64,000 bases of DNA from positions 10,292,001 through 10,356,000 of the forward strand of contig OX597835.1 of NCBI GenBank assembly GCA_951406725.2, in the 5' to 3' direction. Shown in pieces: positions 38,509 to 51,108 of the stretch. Numbering within the stretch: position 1 is the stretch's first letter; every line of letters starts with the position of its first letter. The stretch is from Octopus vulgaris (lineage: Eukaryota). The notes under the pieces were generated by a model. The model was not told the DNA's origin. It worked only from the letters and a program-made list of their open reading frames with translations, and searched no databases. The translations under genes were made by a program, and so were the position numbers.

Positions 38509-38736
38509 TTAACCCTTTAGCATTCAGATTACTCTGTCAAATGTAAAGCCTGTTTAATTACATTGTTTTAAATTAATTGTACAACATCTTGTAACTCTGG
38601 GATATTGATGATGTCCCTGTTTATTTTTAGAATGACTTTGTAGGGTAGGTGTGAGAGGTCAGAGCTGGCTGGTTTGAGAATAAAACAGGAAGACAATTTT
38701 GGCCTGATATGGCCGGTTTGAACACTAAAGGATTAA
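38509..38736. mobile_element. TTAA MITE
   Basis: ttaaccctttag ... ctaaaggattaa. Confidence 0.8.
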
Positions 38737-39692
38737 GACTCTCAACAAGCCAAATTCACAACACGGTTCCAACTGCCAGTGAGGAATATTTTGGTTTATT
38801 TTGCTGATGTTGAAAACACACGAATCTCAACATCTCTCCTTCCTCGAAGATGCTAAGACTAAACAACTACAAATGACTTTTAGAAATATTATTTACATCA
38901 CTGAAGCTGATGGGGAATACAAGATGATAAAATAACTGCCAGTAACCACTAGTAGAGTTATAAGAGACTATTAGGTGAAAGATCAGTTTAATCTCAAAAG
39001 GTCACACCAATTAACTGTAATCAAGGTCCAATGGGTACAACACATTAATTAATTAGCAAGGGCATTAAATAAGCAACTGAAGTGTTTTGATAGATTATTA
39101 TTCCCTGAAAATCTTGTGGGTAATTTCATTAACAAAGTTGTTATTGTTTAACACCAGGTAAGACCCGATGAAACCTCATCTTTTCAGCAGACAGTGTATC
39201 AAGAATCTTGTTACGGCTTTTCATCTTTTCAAGACAGTAAGATACAATTTGAGAAGATCTGGCTGCTATTTTTAGTAGACTGAACAGCCATACAGACACT
39301 CCTCTAGTTGTTGTTGTGTAGCCATGGGTCATCCCCAATCAAACAATCCTATGACACACAAAGACAGTGCAACCCACATGCCCACCATGACCACCACCAC
39401 ATACTCCAGCATGCAGTCTCACAATCTGACCTTGTACTGTCTCCACAGTCTAATCTATTTTTTTTATACCCAAAAGTTCTATTCACGATTACAGCAGACA
39501 TGAACATGGTAGACTTAGCCAGAACTTGGTCATAGCTGATTCTTTGCAATGTCAGGGTTTTTCATGCCCGCACAACGTCTGGAGTTGGTGAAATTGTTAG
39601 CTTTTCTCTATGCATGTGTTGCTTGGAGGTTTGTCCGGGCTGAGAGGGGCAAGCAGTGCTTTAGGTGGGTGGGGGGATGCAGCCACAATAGT

Positions 39693-40160
39693 TATTTCTT
39701 TACCACCCACAAGGGGCTAAACACAGAGGGGACAAACAAGGACAGACAAACGGATTAAGTCGATTACATTGACCCCAGTGCGTAACTGGTACTTAATTTA
39801 TCGAACCCGAAAGGATGAAAGTCAAAGTCGACCTCGGCGGAATTTGAACTCAGAATGCAACGCCAGACGAAATGCGGCTATGCATGTCGCCCGGCGTGCT
39901 AACGTTTCTGCCAGCTCGCCGCCTTCGGTGTAAGTACCTATTTCTTTACTACCCACAAGGGGCTAAACACAGAGGGGACAAACAAGGACAGACAAACGGA
40001 TTAATTCGACACCAGTGTGTAACTGGTACTTATTTAATCGAACCCGAAAGGATGAAAGGCAAAGTCGACCTCGGCGGAATTTGAACTCAGAACGTAACGG
40101 CAGACGAAGTACGGCTACGCATGTCGCCCGGTGTGCTAACGTTTCTACCAGCTCACCGCC
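39693..40160 (-). mobile_element. Family B SINE tandem dimer
   Basis: Two headed copies separated by about 14 bp, sharing the variant atgtcgcccgg. Confidence 0.9.
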
Positions 40161-40639
40161 ATAATAGTAGTGACATGGAGTATTACAGGTGTCTGCAGGT
40201 GATTTTTGTTACGTAGTGGCTAGGACTGCCACCATAAACAAAATTTATTGCAGCAGTAAACCTTATTAAGAGGGTTATTAGTGGTGATCTACGACTTATG
40301 ATGATATTTTGATGAAGGACGAGAGAACTGATGGAAATAAGTGAGAGAGATTTGTGTCTACAAATATTTGCAGATATGAAATTCAGAGCCTCTTGTTCAA
40401 CAGTTCTAATCATACTTTCATTGATTTATCTGCAAATCAATAAAAGGATATATTTTATGAATAAAAAAAAAGAAAAGTGAAAGGTTACTGAAAGGGCGGG
40501 GATGGGTGATCACAGCTGTTCCAGGGTGGCAACAAGTCACTGTCTGACTGCCCCATGTGCAACAAAAGCCAAGTCTCTGACCACTTTAATGTGGAGGAAG
40601 CGGTGGCAGATTGGAATCACAAAATTGAACCAGAGAGAA

Positions 40640-40933
40640 GTGTGTGTGTGTGTGTGCATGTGTGTGTGTGTGCATGCGTGTGCATGTGCGTGTGTGTACA
40701 TGTGTGTGTGTGTGTGTGTGTGTGTGCATGCATGTGTGTGTGTGCGTGCATGTGTGTGTGCATGTGTGTGTGCATGTGTGTGTGTGCGTGCATGTGTGTG
40801 TGTGTGCGTGCATGTGTGTGTGCATGTGTGTGTGCAAGTGTGTGTGTGCATGTGTACATGTGTGTGTGTGTACATGTGTGTGTGTGTGTACATGTGTGTG
40901 TGTGTGTACATGTGCATGTGTGTGTGTGTGTGT
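40640..40933. repeat. (GT)n microsatellite interrupted by GCAT/ACAT
   Basis: Directly visible. Confidence 0.97.
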
Positions 40934-41152
40934 TTAATGTAAACAGAAAGAGAGAGAGAGAGAGAGAGAAAAACAAGTGAAGATATAATAATCTTGACTC
41001 AACAATTCCTAGCAACAGGGAAAATATATGCCAAACTCTACCGATATTATTGATTCAATGAACAACAGAATAGGCATGAAAGGAAATTATAGCATCGGGG
41101 TATATCTTCATGCATGTAGGAACATGTGTGTGTGTGTGTACATGTGTGTGTG

Positions 41153-41188
<36 letters not shown>

Positions 41189-41352
41189 ATAATTCTTCAT
41201 GACAACGCAAAGAAGAACTGGCAAATTTGGAAAGTAGAAAAAACCAAAAAACCAAGTATGAGGAGTGAAAGGCATTTGTTTGACAGCAAACGGAAACCAG
41301 ACAGTGAAACACAGCAGCAAATGGCCCTGATGAGAATGGGCTTTGGTAGATA

Positions 41353-42343
41353 GGCGGCGAGCTGGCAGAATCGTTAGCACGTCGGGCGAAATGCTTAGCG
41401 GTATTTCGGCTGCTGTTACGCTGTGAGTTCAAATTCCGCCGAGGTCGACTTTGCCTTTCGTCCTTCCGGGGTCGATAAATTAAGTACCAGTTAAGCACTG
41501 GGGTCGATGTTAAGCACTGGGGTCGATGTAATCGACTTAATACCTATGTCTGTCCTTGTTTGTCCCCTCTGTGTTTAGCCCCTTGTGGGTAATAAAGAAA
41601 TAGGTATTTCATCTGCCGTTACGTTGTGAGTTCAAATTCCGCCGAGGTCGACTTTGCCTTTCGTCCTTCCGGGGTTGATAAATTAAGTACCAGTTAAGCA
41701 CTGGGGTCGATATAATCGACTTAATACCTATGTCTGTCCTTGTTTGTCCCCTCTGTGTTTAGCCCTTGTGGGTAATAAAGAAATAGGTATTTCATCTGCC
41801 GTTACGTTGTGAGTTCAAATTCCGCCGAGGTCGACTTTGCCTTTCGTCCTTCCGGGGTCGATAAATTAAGTACCGGTTAAGCACTGGGGTCGATGTAATC
41901 GACTTAATACCTATGTCTGTCCTTGTTTGTCCCCTCTGTGTTTAGCCCCTTGTGGGTAATAAAGAAATAGGTATTTCATCTGCCGTTACGTTGTGAGTTC
42001 AAATTCCGCCGAGGTCGACTTTGCCTTTCGTCCTTTCGGGGTCGATAAATTAAGTACCAGTTAAGCACCGGGGTCGATGTAATCGACTTAATACCTATGT
42101 CTGTCCTTGTTTGTCCCCTCTGTGTTTAGCCCCTTGTGGGTAGTAAAGAAATAGGTATTTCATCTGCCGTTACGTTGTGAGTTCAAATTCCGCCGAGGTC
42201 GACTTTGCCTTTCGTCCTTCCGGGGTCGATAAATTAAGTACCGGTTAAGCACTGGGGTCGATGTAATCGACTTAATACCTATGTCTGTCCATGTTTGTCC
42301 CCTCTATGTTTAGCCCCTTGTGGGTAATAAAGAAATAGGTATT
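41353..42343 (+). mobile_element. Family B SINE pentamer: one head plus tandem 183-184-bp units
   Basis: Units restart at ggtatttc at 41603, 41786, 41970 and 42154, each after aaagaaata. Confidence 0.95.
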
Positions 42344-42514
42344 ACCCTCATTTGTTAAACACTGGGTGTATACACATGTTGTTTCCGGAAGAGAAGGCAT
42401 TAGGAGAGGACTGACAGCCAGTAAATATTCCCAATGTACAACACTTGTCCATATAATCTGTAAACCAGAATTCTATTTATACGACACCATGATCATCGCT
42501 TGAAATTACAGATA

Positions 42515-43214
42515 TCTTTATATATAAAAGAGAGGTCGTGTGCTGTCTGTCTCCTACGATTTAGATTCCTTACTCCCACATTTTGCGGTGCAGTTTAACC
42601 AAAACCGGGTATCTTATAGTCGTGATTCATATCGAGCCCTTCTGGGTATTAGCACGCGTCTACGATGAGTCTACGATTTAAAAAGAAATTTACCATCATT
42701 TTTTCCCATTTTTAATGCATTTTTTTTGCTATTATATAAGGGAAGTAACTCTCTAAAAATGCTTATATAGTTATTTCCCTTACAAACCCGAGCAACGCCG
42801 GGCGATACTGCTAGTCTTTATATATAAAAGAAAGGTTGTGTGCTGTCTGTCTCCTACGAATTAGATTCCTAACTACTCCCACATTTTGCGGTGCAGTTTA
42901 ACCAAAACCGGGTATCTTATAGTCGTGATTCATATCGAGCCCTTCTGGGTATTAGCACGCGTCTACGATGAGTCTACGATTTTAAAAAAAATTTACCATC
43001 AATTTTTCCTATTTTTATGCATTTTTGGCATATATAAGGGAAGTAACTCTCTAAAAGTTTATTATTAAATCTCAGAACGTAAAAAGCTACAGTAACACTC
43101 CCCTCCCCTTTTGTGATTAACCATATTGAGATGGCTATTATACTTTACATCTCTAAAAATGCTTATATAGTTATTTCCCTTACAAACCCGAGCAACGCCG
43201 GGCGATACTGCTAG
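42515..43214 (+). mobile_element. Head-to-tail pair of non-autonomous Helitrons (42515-42814, 42815-43214)
   Basis: A|TC...CTAG|TC...CTAG|T. Both copies carry the cccgagcaacgccggg hairpin. Confidence 0.93.
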
Positions 43215-43401
43215 TGAAGAATAAAATAAAGTCCTTTCACAAATACTAAGGACCCAAATAATCAGTGTTCAACTGAAATTTCTAAGTGAAGCATTTGGGG
43301 TCGATTAAATCAGTTATACCCTTGTCCAAAAATTATGGTCTTGCGTTAACACGATTACTACAGCAAGTGTACCTCTGATATCAAAAATAACGAGTTATAC
43401 C

Positions 43402-43632
43402 TATTTCTTTACTACCCACAAGGGGCTAAACACAGAGAGGACAAAAAAAAAGGACAGACAGACAGATTAAGTTGATTATATCGACCCCAGTGCGTAACTG
43501 GTACTTAATTTATCGACCCCGAAAGGATGAAAGGTAAAGTCAACCTCGGCGGAATTTGAACTCAGAACGTAACGGCAGACGAAACACGGCTAAGCATTTC
43601 GCCCAGCGTACTAACGATTCTGCCAGCTCGCC
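43402..43632 (-). mobile_element. Family B SINE
   Basis: 8-bp TSD gttatacc at 43394-43401 and 43633-43640. Confidence 0.92.
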
Positions 43633-43963
43633 GTTATACCATTTATAGAAAAAAGTTGCATCTGTTCAAAACAACGGATGGAGCCATTAATAAGTGTCTT
43701 ATGTAAGGACTTGACACTTTGTGTGTAATAATAAAATATTACATAATGAGCTTGGCCAAAGGACGAGGACCAATAATTCACACATGTAATGGTTTATTTC
43801 CGTAGTCCAGTCTGAAAACGGTGAGTCACAATAATATATATGTACACACAGACATTTATGCTGTCCAAAATTACAGCTTAATATTTTTCACTGGCCAACA
43901 AAATGGGACATCCACCCCAATTATTCTCTTGATATAATTAACATTGCTCGTTACTATTGCATA

Positions 43964-44366
43964 TACTCTTTTACTTGTTTCGGTCATTTGACTGCGGCCA
44001 TGCTGGAGCACCGCCTTCAGTCGAGCAAATCGACCCCGGGACTTATTCTTTGTAAGCCCAGTACTTATTCTATCGGTCTCTCTTGCCGAACCGCTAAGTG
44101 ACGGGGACGTAAACACACCAGCATCGGTTGTCAAGCAATGCTAGGAGGACAAACACAGACACACCAACACACACACATACATACATATATATACATATAT
44201 ACGACAGGCTTCTTTCAGTTTCCGTCTACCAAATCCACTCACAAGGCATTGGTCGGCCCGGGGCTATAGCAGAAGACACTTGCCCAAGGTGCCACGCAGT
44301 GGGACTGAACCCGGAACCATGTGGTTGGTTAGCAAGCTACTTACCACACAGCCACTCCTGCGCCTA
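43964..44366 (-). mobile_element. SINE family A, full length
   Basis: Near-identical to the 15133 copy. Confidence 0.92.
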
Positions 44367-45033
44367 TAAAAGTTAAGTTGCATCGCTATATCATCAGCAA
44401 TTTTGTCCAGTGGATGGCCCAGGGTAGAGAGGACATCAGTTGAAGACTTGAGACACCTGGATCGCCAGCAGAGTAGAAACAAACTGGCGATAAAAATTTT
44501 AGAAGGTCGTACTAGCTATGTGAACAGCCATAGTACTGAACACACAGTAATAAAATATAGGTTTAAAAAATAAAAAAAGGGCACTGAGTAAGTTTCGTTG
44601 AAAATAGTTCATTCTTTCAAGTTTTAGGTTAGTCATGAGCAAACTACGGTCCCCGTGACTTTCTAAATAGCACAACAGATAATTACCATGAATTTTTTTA
44701 GTGCAACAGCCCGCCTGATGATGATCCTTATCTCGTGCGACCTGTTTCTCTTAAAAGGTTATCCATGCCTGTTCTAAATATTAAAAACGAAAGATCCCCG
44801 CCCATCTCCCTCTAAACAACCCACGTTAACCGGCAATCGCAGCTATGAAGGTATGAATGGAAACCGAACCCGCCAACTGTTGTTTACCGATGGTTTATAA
44901 TCATTATCATCAGACGGTGTGTGTGAACAAGGCCGTATTACACAACACACACGTCGACTACTTATTGTGTGGGAGGGGCAAGGACGGATCAGTTTAGGTC
45001 GTACAACACACACGCACACATGAGCAAGAAACA

Positions 45034-45034
<1 letters not shown>

Positions 45035-45067
<33 letters not shown>

Positions 45068-45546
45068 CAAGTTATGTATGTGTGTGTGTGTGTGTGACAA
45101 GTTATGTATGTGTGTGTGTGTGTGTGACAAGTTATGTATGTGTGTGTGTGACAAGTTATGTATGTGTGTGTGTGTGTGTGACAAGTTATGTATGTGTGTG
45201 TGTGTGTGACAAGTTATGTATGTGTGTGTGTGTGACAAGTTATGTATGTGTGTGTGTGTGTGTGACAAGTTATGTATGTGTGTGTGTGTGTGTGACAAGT
45301 TATGTATGTGTGTGTGTGTGTGTGACAAGTTATGTATGTGTGTGTGTGTGTGTGACAAGTTATGTATGTGTGTGTGTGTGACAAGTTATGTATGTGTGTG
45401 TGTGTGACAAGTTATGTGTGTGTGTGTGTGTGTGACACAAGTTATGTATGTGTGTGTGTGTGTGTGACAAGTTATGTGTGTGTGTGTGTGTGTGACAAGT
45501 TATGTATGTGTGTGAGACAAGTTATGTGTGTGTGTGTGTGTGTGTG
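45035..45546. repeat. Minisatellite: GACAAGTTATGTAT core + variable (GT)n, ~17 units
   Basis: Directly visible. Confidence 0.95.
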
Positions 45547-46064
45547 TTCGTTCGTTCGTTCGTTAAAGACCGAAAATATAGTGAAACCGACAACGGCAGC
45601 CTTTGTGCACGAGTGATATCACATGACGTCAAGATTATAAATTCACAAGTCGAGAGCAGGAGTGGGGGGGGGGGAGAAGGAGGGACACACAGACAGACGG
45701 CTTACACATTACAAGACAGACAGACAGACAGACGGACAGACAGACGGACATACAGAGCGCGCAAGGCTGACCACAGCCGCCGCCTCCTCCTCTACTGTTA
45801 CGTTTTTCGCTCCGCAATCCATTACGGATAGTCAACAGTGTTGGGCAATCTGCAGTTTTATACACGCTTTACAAATCGATGTTAACACTGGTCTCTCAAG
45901 TTCAACATACATACATATATATACGAGTGCGTGTGTGGGTGTGCATATACGTGTGCATCCTCGCGTTGGCAGTTACAGCTAATGTCGCTGCTCTGCCGCC
46001 AGTCTGTAGACGTAATCAAATTTCTAAGAAACTAAGAAACTATATGCGTGTGAGCGCGAGTGTA

Positions 46065-46317
46065 TATACACACATACAAACATATATACATACACACACA
46101 TACATACATACATATACACACACACACACACATACATACATAGATACATACATACACACACACATACATAGATACATACACACACAGATACATACACACA
46201 CACACACAGATACAGATACATACACACACACATACATAGATACATACACACACATACACAGATACATACACACACACACACATACATAGATACATACACA
46301 CACAGATACATACACAC

Positions 46318-46348
<31 letters not shown>

Positions 46349-46462
46349 CATACATGCATACACACACACACACACATAGATACATACACACACACATACA
46401 TAGATACATACACACACACATACATAGATACATACACACACACATACACATACATACATACT
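46065..46462. repeat. Compound (CA)n/(CATA)n/AGAT microsatellite
   Basis: Directly visible. Confidence 0.95.
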
Positions 46463-47001
46463 TGTGTGTGTGTGTACAGAGTGGAGAAAGACACAAAAAT
46501 AAATTAAAAACATTTCAGTCTTGGAGACAGAGGACAAAGGTATCTTCTTGGGGGTGGGGAAAAAAATGGGTAGGAAGCGAAGACTAGAAAATTCGTTGAC
46601 ATAACTACTACAGATGATTCCCTCTCTCTCTCTCTCCCTCCCTATCTATCTATCTATTTATCTATCTATCCCTCCCTTTCTCTCTATTTATCTTTCTATC
46701 TCTCTTTCTTCCTTTCTCTGCTGACTAATCGATGACAGAGAACATGGTTACGATGCAATAGAAGGCACGATGGACGAGGTAGCGATTACATGTTAATGCC
46801 TGCCAACTTTTATCATTATTAAATACGGTGACAGTAGCTGTAAATAATAAACAACAATTCTGTGTTGGCCACACGGGCCGCAATTAACAGAGAAGTAAAT
46901 ACGAAACTAAGAAAGTGGCGGTTGTTGCTAGTAGCAGCAGTCGCCAGTGACACAATAAAACGGGAGACGGTGGTGGCGCGGGAACAGTATGACTAGGAGT
47001 A

Positions 47002-47181
47002 TTTCGTCTGGCGCTACGTTCTGAGTTCAAATTCCGCCCAGGTCCACTTTGCCTTTCATCCTTTCGGGGTCGATAAATTAAGTACCAGTTACGCACTGGG
47101 GTCGATGTAATCGACTTAATACCCATGTCTGTCCTTGTTTGTCTCCTCTATGTTTAGCCCCTTGTGGGTAATAAAGAAATA
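47002..47181 (+). mobile_element. Headless family B SINE unit
   Basis: 16-bp TSD agtatgactaggagta at 46986-47001 and 47182-47197. Begins at (gta)tttcgtctg. Confidence 0.92.
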
Positions 47182-47475
47182 AGTATGACTAGGAGTAACA
47201 TTGACCAGTTGGTGGTTTAGGATAAATACGAGAACGGTTATTTAAAAGTTTCCAGGATCGTCCGCTAATATCCGTGGCTATAATGAACGACCTGGGATAA
47301 TTATAGTGTTTAAGGGAGAGTGAAAGACAACAGGCAAACAATAGATGTATGTATATATGTATGTCGATGTCTGTTTGGCGGGCTGTCACCACACCCTCTT
47401 ACTAATTTTTTTTTTGGTTCTAGAAACCCACGTTTTTGGCCACGGAGATTCCGAATCTGTAAAAAAAAAAAAAAT

Positions 47476-47896
47476 GGGATCTTTTCGGTTTGAACGGCAG
47501 TTTTTTCTAGCGGTGTCATATGAAATTGTCACCTATAATTAGGACCCTAGTATCGATCTATTGCATTTCAATCAGTTTTAGGGTTAGGGGTGGGGGGAAA
47601 GGTATCTTTTTTGCTTCACAAATGTAAATAAACCCAATGTGTTTCTTAAACGAGGGACATATTCATACAGCACAGAATGTTTTTTTTTTTTACCGCAATG
47701 GACGTCATTGATTGGTTGAAATTGCAGAAATTGAAGAAAAAAAAAGCAACAAATATCTTACAAACTACAGAATTTTCTCAATAAAACCAAGAGAAAAAGA
47801 TGTTTTATAAACACATTCTACCAGTATACGAAGTTTAAAATTTTTTAGTTACCTAGAAATTATGTTAAAAACTGCCGTTCAAAACGAAAAGATCCC
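47476..47896. mobile_element. MITE with ~30-bp TIRs, superfamily unclear
   Basis: gggatcttttcggtttgaacggcagttttt ... aaaaactgccgttcaaaacgaaaagatccc, with aaaat on both flanks. Confidence 0.88.
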
Positions 47897-48864
47897 AAAA
47901 TTGGCATTTCAAAATTTAATTCCGCCTCCACCCCCAATTTTTTCTGATGTGTATGTATGGAGAAGATGTACACGTACATATATGAGGGTGGCCTGAAAGT
48001 TCATACGATTGTGGTTAGGGTCTATGAAGGAGTGATGCTAGGGCTGTGAAATCTTGCATGCATTAATTCCAAATCTTCTTATAAAATAAAATGCATTGTT
48101 TCTTTCCAGTTAAACTGACATCTCACTGTTCAAAGAAGACTTCAGAACTAACTGCTACCGATTCGTCTAACAAACTGACGAAATTATCTATGGTGGGATG
48201 CTCTTCTTGTTAAACAGCACCTAAGGTAATATTTCCCCCCCTAATGTTTCAAACATGAACAGTGCAAACACCAAACATGGTCCCATGGGAAATTGCAAAC
48301 AAACAACACTGGTTGCGTGAAACTGGCACTCGCTTTCAATTAGGGCACAATGTTCAGGGAAAAATAGGACGGACACACGGACACACATACGTGACTGACT
48401 CCCTTTCTGTTTTCATCTACCAAATTCAAATCCATTCGTGAGGAATTGGTCAACCCAGGGATATAGCAGGAGACACTTGTCTAAGGTGATCAACCTGAAA
48501 CAATGTGGTTATGAAGTGGAGGACTTCTTAACCACACAGCCATGTCCACAAACACACACAGACAGGAAGAAAAAGACAGACAGACAGACAGTCAGATTGA
48601 CAAACAGACAGAGAGACAGTCAGACAACAGATATCTTCTTTTAATAAACACAATATTGTTTCATGCTTGGATAGAAAAGTAATCAGACAAGTTTGTGCAG
48701 TGTGCTGTCCTGCAATTCTTCAGCAAAGGAAAAAGAGAAGATTGATGCAAACAAGCAACAGACAAAGTGCACTACTACCCTTAACAAATGAACCCCAGTA
48801 AAGGGCAATCTTGCTTTCTTCCAACTCCATTCCAGCTACATTCCTCTTAAGAATTGGCATCAAC

Positions 48865-48906
48865 TTGTGAGTGGATTTGGTTGACGGAAACTGAAAGAAG
48901 CCTGTA

Positions 48907-48993
<87 letters not shown>

Positions 48994-49215
48994 TATATGT
49001 TTGTGTGTCTGTGTTTGTCCACCCAACATCGCTTGATAACAGATGCTGGTGTGTTTACGTCCCTGTAACTTAGCGGTTCAGCAAAAGAGACCGATAGAAT
49101 AAGTACTGGGCTTACAAAAAAAGAATAAGTCCCGGGGTCGAGTTGCTCGACTAAAGGTGGTGCTCCAGCATGGCCGCAGTCAAAAGACTGAAACAAGTAA
49201 AAAGAGTAAAAGAGA
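48865..49215 (+). mobile_element. SINE family A, 5'-truncated
   Basis: ttgtgagtggatttgg...gactgaaacaagtaaaagagtaaaagag. Confidence 0.88.
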
Positions 49216-49759
49216 GTACTGTTCCTACATTGCAAATTTTCACCTATCATGGGTGGGGTTTTGGAACATAACACCTGCGATAGTCGAGGGATTTCTGTAT
49301 GCTAGAAACAGTTAGTTAAATCTCACTCAAATGACAGCCAATGGCCTTCAGAAGAACACATTCGATGATGTAGTTCTAGAAACACTGAAGACGACGACAG
49401 GACAGCAATGGTTGAAGCAACTCAACCAAACCTGACCTGTGGCTAAACAACCTCTCTCTGTTTATGTCTCTCTACCAAAAATCATGGCATTATTGTACAA
49501 GTGTATCTTGGACCCATTCCTGAAAATAGGAGAACTTGTTGACACTTCTGACTATTCTCTCTCTTTTTTTTTTTTTTTTGCACTGTTGCTTTCAAAATAC
49601 CCCTGCAGATACTCATTTGGAGTTTAAAGATCAATAACTCGGGTAAGATGAAACCAGATGTGAGCCATTGAGAAGACTGGCCTGTTTTGGTTTTTGTCCA
49701 ATCAAACAGAGCCAAGCCGAGTTATGTCACCTGCTCAAAATTACAACACAATTGCAGTA

Positions 49760-49894
49760 ATAGTAGTGGTGGTGGTGGTAGTAGTAGTAGTAGTAGTGGT
49801 GGTGATGGTGGTAGTGGTGGTAGTGGTGGTGGTGGTGGTAGTAGTAGTAGTAGTGGTGGTGGTGGTAGTGGTGGTGGTGGTGGTGGTAGTGGTG

Positions 49895-49935
<41 letters not shown>

Positions 49936-50155
49936 GGTAGTAGTAGTAGTGGTGGTGGTGGTAGTAGTAGTGGTGGTGGTGGTAGTAGTAGTAGTGGTGG
50001 TGGTGGTAGTAGTAGTGGTGGTGGTGGTAGTAGTAGTGGTGGTGGTGGTAGTAGTAGTAGTGGTGGTGGTGGTGGTGGTGGTAGTAGTAGTGGTGGTGGT
50101 GGTAGTAGTAGTAGTGGTGGTGGTGGTGGTAGTAGTAGTAGTGGTGGTGGTGGTG

Positions 50156-50211
<56 letters not shown>

Positions 50212-50221
50212 GGTGGTGGTG

Positions 50222-50253
<32 letters not shown>

Positions 50254-50306
50254 GGTGGTGGTGGGTAGTAGTAGTGGTGGTGGTAGTGGTAGTAGTAGTG
50301 GTGATG

Positions 50307-50344
<38 letters not shown>

Positions 50345-50388
50345 GGGTGGTAGTGGTGGTAGTAGTAGTAGTAGTGGTGGTGGTAGTG

Positions 50389-50444
<56 letters not shown>

Positions 50445-50466
50445 GGTGGTGGTAGTGGTAGTAGTA

Positions 50467-50510
<44 letters not shown>

Positions 50511-50535
50511 GGTAGTAGTAGTAATAGTGGTGGTA
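49760..50535. repeat. ~775-bp mixed (GGT)n/(AGT)n trinucleotide array
   Basis: Directly visible, with two phase slips near 50263 and 50345. Confidence 0.98.
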
Positions 50536-51064
50536 TTCTCTCCTGACTAAACTGCTATAATTAGAACACCAGTATCTATATACACACACTTCACAACTGT
50601 CGCTCAATATCTGATAGGAGGAACTACATAAGAGGGATTTTTTTTTAAAAAAAAAAACAAACAAACAAACACAGACAAGTTACAAGTTTCAGTTACATAG
50701 AACTACCTATTGCCACCATGTCAACGTGTGTGTGTGTGTGTGTGTGTATGTGTGTACATCATATAGTTTGCATAATTTACTTTAATCCCTTGACTGAGCA
50801 AACAAGTTTTTTTTGATCCTTCTACATTTTCAGGGCTCAATTTTTTTATATAACTGCTTTAGAGTATTTTACAATAACTTTTAAAGTTATCAAATAATGT
50901 TGGGTTCCCGCTTTAGTTGTTTTTAGCAATTATTTTTACAAGCAAGCTATCCATGTTGCCACTGAACTGAACTGAAAAGTTAGGATTCACGCTTTACAAT
51001 GCGGCAGACAAAATACCACTAAGTACTCCACCCAGCGTGCTAATGATTCTGCCAGCTCACCACC

Positions 51065-51108
<44 letters not shown>

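Larger units (their letters stand above)
44640..47460. promoter_or_regulatory. CpG-enriched unique sequence; candidate promoter or enhancer
   Basis: By eye, CG dinucleotides are frequent here compared with the surrounding unique intron. Perfect CRE TGACGTCA at 45624-45631 overlaps TCACATGA at 45619-45626. Confidence 0.35.

Noticed and set aside
40510-40640. Short CxxC peptide (DCPMCNKSQVSDHF)
   Set aside because: No donor site or homology cue, and it runs into a microsatellite.
45035-45546. CRISPR-like repeat-spacer appearance (also 10597-10795)
   Set aside because: Spacers are (GT)n or absent rather than unique, there are no cas genes, and the context is a eukaryotic intron.
49687-50664. 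Gly/Ser-rich, poly-Val and poly-Thr ORFs up to 307 aa
   Set aside because: Translations of a pure GGT/AGT array with phase slips and no convincing splice context.
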